A DNA stretch of 56,734 nt, filler included, from Ionaspis alba (taxonomy: Eukaryota): NCBI GenBank assembly GCA_964255285.1. It is 5 parts of 5 records of this genome, joined end to end, with 100 filler letters (N's around TTAATTAATTAA, not from the genome) between each part and the next. Parts side by side here need not be neighbours in the genome. Positions count along the whole stretch, not along the records: positions 45,503 to 56,734 come from CAXUUL010000564.1; 4 more parts are not named here. One strand, 5' to 3'. Under the pieces are notes generated by a model. The model was not told the origin of the DNA and made no database searches. It saw only the letters and a list, made by a program, of their open reading frames with translations. Within the stretch, counting starts at the first letter, position 1. Each line of letters opens with the position of its first letter. Of the stretch, positions 50,605-56,734 are shown piece after piece. The translations under genes were made by a program, and so were the position numbers.

Positions 50605-52775
50605 TCAGAGTTTGGCAGTGGCCTTGGAAGGAGAAGCTTTGATTGGGGACTTCTTGATGTCCGAGAGTGTTGCCAGGTCCTGCTCTGGCTTGCAGACCTT
50701 CTCGTTGTCCTCAGGGCTGCTGGGTGGGCTCACGTAGCTTGCTTTGTCACCAACAGCACGCTTCGCGGTAGTAACCGCAGTTGGGCTCTCGATCTTGATA
50801 CGTGCGCTGTAGCGGCCGGCAGGAGCGACGTTCTCTGCAGAGACCCTTGTGCTAGTGACGCTAGGCATGGTCTGCGGCATGTAATGGATAGCTCCGACCG
50901 GGAATGTCTGGGTGCTGATCACTGGGTGAGCAAATGGCTTAGAAGCGCCAATTCGAGCACGACTTACAATGGTGACAACGGAGCTGCTTGAGCAGGCCAG
51001 AACGAATTTGACGCGGGGATTCGAGGCTGCAAAGGGCTTGGGAATGAGGCCGACGTAGGAGAAGCCAGATATGGCGATGCTGCCCCAAAGACAGATGTAT
51101 TGTACTCGTGGGTCTTGAACTGGCGACGCTCCGCTGTTACAGACTTGAGCTGTTTCTGCGCAGTCGTATCCGCGTAGCGAATGTTGAGTGGAGAAGCTTC
51201 TTCGCCGACCAGCTTTCCATTGTACTTCTCGATGATCTCGTCGCAGATTGCCGGCGATTCAAACCTTATGACGTTCAGCTCTCATATAAGAGGAAGAAAT
51301 CTTAGAACAACATACCGTGCAAAGCCAACACCGCGGCTCATTCCATTCGGGTCACGTAGGATCTTGGCAGATGGAACTTCATAGCCATCGAAGATACCAA
51401 TCAACATCTGTCATGTTGTTAGCCTCTACTTATGGAAATATTTCACAGACTGCTTACCGATTCATTGAAGGAGGTGGGTAAGTTTGAGACGTAGAGATTC
51501 GTGTTGTCCGAATCTCCCAAGGTCTTCAGCTTCTCGTTGTGAGAAACCTTTGAATAATTGTCAGCTGTCTGTAGACCAAGACAAGAAGTCCACTCACCCT
51601 AGCCCACTTGGCTTCGTAGCCCCAATGCCAGAAGCCACGAATGCAGTTCTCTCCATCGTGAAAGTTGTGGTATTTGATGAAGCCAAAACTGAGGAACGTA
51701 GATTAGCACGATATCACGGAACACCATCATCGACGGCTTACCCTTTGCAAAGCCCAGTGTTCTGGTCAAGCATTGCCTTGGCACTAATGATGTCTCCAAA
51801 ACGAGCGCCGTAAGCATGAAGCATCTCATCAGTCGTGTCCGGAAGAAATCCACGAATGTAGACATTGGTCGTAGAGCGAAGGTTTTGAAGACTCTTAGCA
51901 AGAGTGCCACGTCCGTTCTCGCCGCTGAAGATTGCAGGAACAGGCTTAGGGATTGGTGGATCTTGCTGGCACAAAGCGTCTAAATCACAGTACGCATACT
52001 GACCATTTGCAGTCTTTGCTAGTTGCTGTGGGTAGAACTCCTGGTGCAGAGGAGATGGAGTCCCAGTACCCCAAGTCTCAGGAGAATGCCCAGTGACAGC
52101 GATAGAGGGGTGAAGCTCGGCCTGTCCATGGTGTCCACCAAAGAACGGAGTATGAGGTCCATTCTCTTCGTTGGAAGAGAACGAGTTCCGACGTGGAGCA
52201 GCAAGCTCCGGCATGTCTTTCGTGATGTGCTGCTGACCGTTCCAAGCAGGAGCATGTGGAGTGTTGGGCAATGCGTTGACATGGTAGCTTGCCTGCTGGA
52301 GGTAGTGTGCCTGGCCAGGAGTGAGACTATATGCCCCAGTGCCCTGCTGGTAGTTGCCTTGAGTGGTAGTGTTCATTCCAGAGAGTAGTAGACGGCCATC
52401 AGGAAGCTGGTAGTAGAGCTGGCCATTAGCCTGAGTGCCGTTCATGGCTGGCATATTGGCAAGACTAGTAGTCATGCTGTGGCTGGACGCTCGGCTAGAT
52501 CCGCCATTTCCGAATCCATGGAGACTGGTGGCGCTCATAGCCTGAGTCAGGTTGTCGACAGCAGTGTTCAAGCTTGGCTGGTGGCTCATCTCCTTTGGCT
52601 GGAAGTGAGCAGCCTGCATCTGAGCACTTGCGAGCTGGTTATACGTAGAACCTGGGATATTGTACTGGGCAGAAACCTGAGGAAACTGGCCATATGCATG
52701 TCCGTGATGAGCCATTCCGACACCGAGACCGTTGGTGGAGCTGATACGCTGGTCGTTGCGAGCTTGGGACATCAT
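50605..52775 (-). CDS. Two-RRM RNA-binding protein, Spo5/Rim4/MSSP-like, 6 coding exons
   Basis: RRM1 TNVYIRGFLPDTTDE..GLCKGFGFIKY; RRM2 TNLYVSNLP..SRGVGFARF..IRYADT.AQK; long Q/H/S/N-rich N-terminus. Confidence 0.88.
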
Positions 52776-55700
52776 GGTGCTGACGTTCTCAGACTGGTCA
52801 GGAAAGACGTGTTAGCCACGTTCATCTTGCTACGTGCCCAATGCACACATATAGACTGGAGAGCTTGTGTCGAAAGATAAGAGTAGCAGTGATGCGGAAG
52901 AATTTGTAGGAACAATGATCACGGAAGGCAAGGAAACAGCTCGTGCCATTGACTGCATGTGCTTTGGTGAACTGATAGGTAACATGATAGTGGAGGCAGG
53001 CATGTAAAGGGAGGTGTGGTATGAAAGTGGAGGATGATGCTCACAACGATGAAGACACGTGAGAGCTGAGGGCGTCTTGCGAATATGTGTCTGAGTAAGG
53101 TCTGGTCAGTCAGGCTCGGTAGTCATTTTGAGATCGTCCCACTTACCACGATGGGCTGGAAAATTTCACCAAGATGACTTGTACTGAAATACCAATAGTA
53201 GCTGACGACCCTACTGTCTTGAGACGAGATCAGCTGGCCTTCCAATAAGAACGTCATTAGAGGATCGAAAGAAGAAGCGTACTGTAGAAGCCGATAGACT
53301 ATGGTACGGAGGTGAAGCAAGCTCGGTATGATACGAGCAAATCGTACTACTACGTATGGACAATGATGGAAGGGAGAAGCAACTTGCGAGTATGTGGTGG
53401 AAGTGCAATAAGCTGCTGGGAAAGAGGTGAGAAGAAGAAGCGTGATGAGGAGAAGACAAAGAGAGAAGATGAAAGTGGGTGCAAGTTGGGTAAATAAGTA
53501 GACCGGCTCGGAATCGCGCTTGTGGATGTGTTAGGGCAGGAAGGATACCAACGAGGAAAGAAGCACCAGCCACCCAGAAGGTAAGAGCGATGTCAACACA
53601 ATTCAAGGGAAACAATACAGTTGCCGTAAGAACAGACGATGACAGCAATCTTGACCACAGTACGCGCAATTATTGCCATAAACTCCTGCTAAGAAAGCGA
53701 TTTGAGGGTGCGAGACGGAGTGAGGACAATGGAGATTCTATATTTTTTTCCTACAAAGAAGACATTGTGTGTGCATGCAGTATGCATGTGAGAAGATCAG
53801 GGTATTCTGTAAGGATACCGCGAGAGCTCCTCCCCAGCGTCGAGCGAACACAAGAGATTGTGCCTTCCCTCGATAACTGTCATCGTTTCGTCTGTTAACA
53901 CAGATCTAGCTATCAAGCTGTCCCATTATTTTGAGGTGAGTGCGATCAACCGCGAAGATATCCGAAGAAGTTTGTCATGAGATGCAGGGAGGTTCAGCCA
54001 TATTCGGTGTCCTCAACTCTTTCCTACACCATTCACGCCTTGCCTAAGGCAGAGGTGGCTTTCGGTCTGCTTCATACTGATGATGACCACCTGTACCGAC
54101 AAAGCTTTATAGACACACTGCAGACTACCAAAATCAATCTTTGCACAATACACGAGGATTTCCTGGACTGGAGGACAATGACAGCAGTTATAACGAATCC
54201 TTTACCCGGGGTAAGGAGATCGCGGAGAGGGTGTAAAGAACGGAGAAAGAGCTCCCCATGTTCTGTCTAGTTCTTGCCAGACTTGCTCGGAATACCAGGT
54301 TTGGGCTTCGCTTTTCGGTTCTCCTCTGGGCTCTCTTACTGAAGGAAGCCTCCAGGGGCAATGGTCAAGGTAGTTGCCATGCTTCATGATTATCAATCGA
54401 CCTTCTCGGTGATGCACCTATCCATGATGACTCAGAGGCCACTTTACGCTCCGGGTCGTTGAAGCAGATAACCGATTGTGATCCCCTTGCTGCAAGGTAG
54501 GATCTTCGATGCACACGTGGGAGCATAGGATCCCGAGTTGCTAGGACAAGACGTGCACTGTGAACGCAGGCACTCAAGCTTTGGCATCCGAGTTAACACT
54601 CTCATGTATGCCAACTGCAAAGATCAAGATCTCATTATCATGGTGCCTTCCCAATTCTCCTTGCAAGTACTGCAAGAAACGGAAGTTGCAGATGAGGTTG
54701 TGATGGTTTTGTAGCCAATGAGCGAGCGTGACCGTACGACGGCTCGGCGAGTCGTCAAAACTATCTTCCGTTCCTGCCTTCCTTCGACCAGGTCTGCTTA
54801 AAACTCTCCACGAGATTGCACAATATCCCTTTCCCAACTTATAAGCAATGCTTACGACTAGTGCTCTCCTGCAACTGGTGAAGTGCTGTCAAATTACGGC
54901 ATCGCTGTTTATCTCATGGGCCTCGAGGAATCGTAGCAACATGCCAGCTTGCAGTTCATTCCATAAAAAATATACATGACCACTGTCCCGCTGTGTTCTA
55001 CTTTACGACAGGCTTTCTCTTCAACTCCACACCGATTCGTTTATCGAGGAATTGTATCCAGTCCATACGATCTGTCACCTTCCAAAGGCACAAAACCACT
55101 ATCATTCGATCGTGAAGCGAGGGACTCCCCCATCCGCATCGCCACCATACCCGATCCAAACAATCCCGCATGCCGTGGCCGTCGATTCCATGCGTTTGCT
55201 CCTCCCTCCCTTTCCTGCTCTCCGAAGCTCATTTGATGTTTGCTCTAGGTGTGCCGAAAACCTCAAACTTGCCCAGGGTGCCGTTATGAATGTGGCGTTG
55301 AAGATTCGAAGTTCTGCTGCAGGTCATTTGGCTTCCAGCTCCCCGCTCGGGAACAAACCCGACCCGCCGGATGTAGACGACGCGACAAACGCAACGCGGT
55401 GGTTGTGAACCCGCTTCGTTGCAGATCAGAGTCATCCATCCAGGAAGTGGGTAGCCGCTGGCCGCGTTGTGGGTCACAGACCCACTCTTTCAATGATCTG
55501 TTTCGAGGTGCCCGTAGCTTTCGAGTTGTGGAATCCTTCAATCAGCAATCCATCTGTTGCTTTACAGACTCTACATCTGCAGATACAGACTTATATCAGA
55601 ATCATGACAAGAATAGCATCCTCCTTGCCGCAGATGCACCAATTTCTGTATAGCCGTCCCAAAATCTGGTTGCCGCGCTTGCCCTGTCCAGGGATGCATT

Positions 55701-56362
55701 TGCGGAGGTGAAGTGATCGACTAGTCCTGCATGCAGACCCGTTTCTTCCGATGCAGCTTGAGCGGCTTGCTCGGGGTCAGATATTGATGTCTTCACCAAC
55801 GGATTCGCGACATGACAACCAGTGGTGGGATGAAACTGTGTTACCCGTCTGTTGTTTTCTGAAGGATTGTATATCTTATGGCAACTGTCCTACTCCTATG
55901 CCTCCATGCTTATTCGTTCTTCTCACTTTACCTGACTCTCTTGGCCTCTGTTCCTTTCTTTATTATCCCGGCCTACTTCCCATCTCTGCCTTTACATATC
56001 GGCAAGCACGTGTTATCCCTGTGAATACATTTATTCTCTGCTCCGTCCACAACTTCACTTGTCGGCGTATTTCTGTGAACAATCATGAAGTCACTTATAC
56101 TGAGTGATTGCGTCTCGTTAAGAGCCAGCACGCTTTCCGGCACCGCCCAGAGGTTGGTGTAGATTTTAGCAGTCCACCACCAGCTGTGGTTACACTGTCT
56201 TATCCTATTTCATTGAACACAACACAATCATTCTACAGGCTACAAGTTCATAGCTTCAATCTCATATTATCATGACGATCAATCACAATCAGAACAAGTA
56301 TGTTTGCAAATAGCATATTTGATTGTTCACAACTTCCTAACGCCACAACTCTACACCTCCTG

Positions 56363-56616
56363 TTACTGACCATGTTCAGTACTCCTATGACTCCCTACAT
56401 CCAAAACGCCTTTCTATGATACTCTACCATACTCACCTCCACCTTCCTCCCCTTTCGGAAGAAGCGCGACTCCGCTATCCAATCGAAGAAGCGTTCCGTC
56501 TTTTCCGCCGAGTACGAGAAACAGTGGATACAGTTGACAGTGTAGTGTCTGCAATTGTTGCACAAGATCACAGCTCCCGAATTCTGCCAGTCGCATCGGC
56601 AGCAAGACCAGGCCAT
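56363..56616 (-). CDS. Cys-rich zinc-ribbon-like microprotein (60 aa spliced; 73 aa if unspliced, ending at 56395)
   Basis: ATAATGG start after a CT-rich leader; WSCCRC..N..CNNCRH..CIHC. Intron 56436-56366 is followed directly by TAA. Confidence 0.65.
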
Positions 56617-56734
56617 TATACTATCAGATGGGTTCCTAGGAATTGAAGCTGAAGCAGGTATAGGGATTGATGATGAGAGATAGGGGCTGTAAGGATGGGT
56701 TGATGGAGGAGTAGTAGAAGATGAGGGAGAAGAG

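Overview
Eukaryotic, intron-rich DNA from a filamentous ascomycete (Pezizomycotina-type GT..CTRAC..YAG introns, mostly 50-70 nt). It is a draft scaffold with a poly-C start and six 100-nt gaps, four of them carrying an artificial TTAATTAATTAA linker. Most genes are conserved housekeeping genes, reconstructed by hand across introns: an SDR, a PIN3/LSB1-like SH3 protein, a Kv-beta-like aldo-keto reductase, a DUF427 protein, SNF1, SWR1, complex I NDUFB8, a Munc13-like C2/MUN protein, a CBM1-GH5 mannanase, DOA1, STRAP, a CEFCEY-motif protein, a membrane spermidine-synthase-like methyltransferase, RPN1, RIO2 and a Spo5/Rim4-like RRM protein. A gene-poor stretch (~24.4-34.9 kb) holds orphan genes, and a Cys-rich microprotein lies at the right end. 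I found no rRNA, tRNA, transposase, CRISPR array or secondary-metabolite cluster, and no clear novel multi-gene system. The best leads are splicing/uORF-type control architectures (SNF1, the RRM gene, the CEFCEY gene) and small orphan proteins. All family calls come from motif recognition, not database searches.
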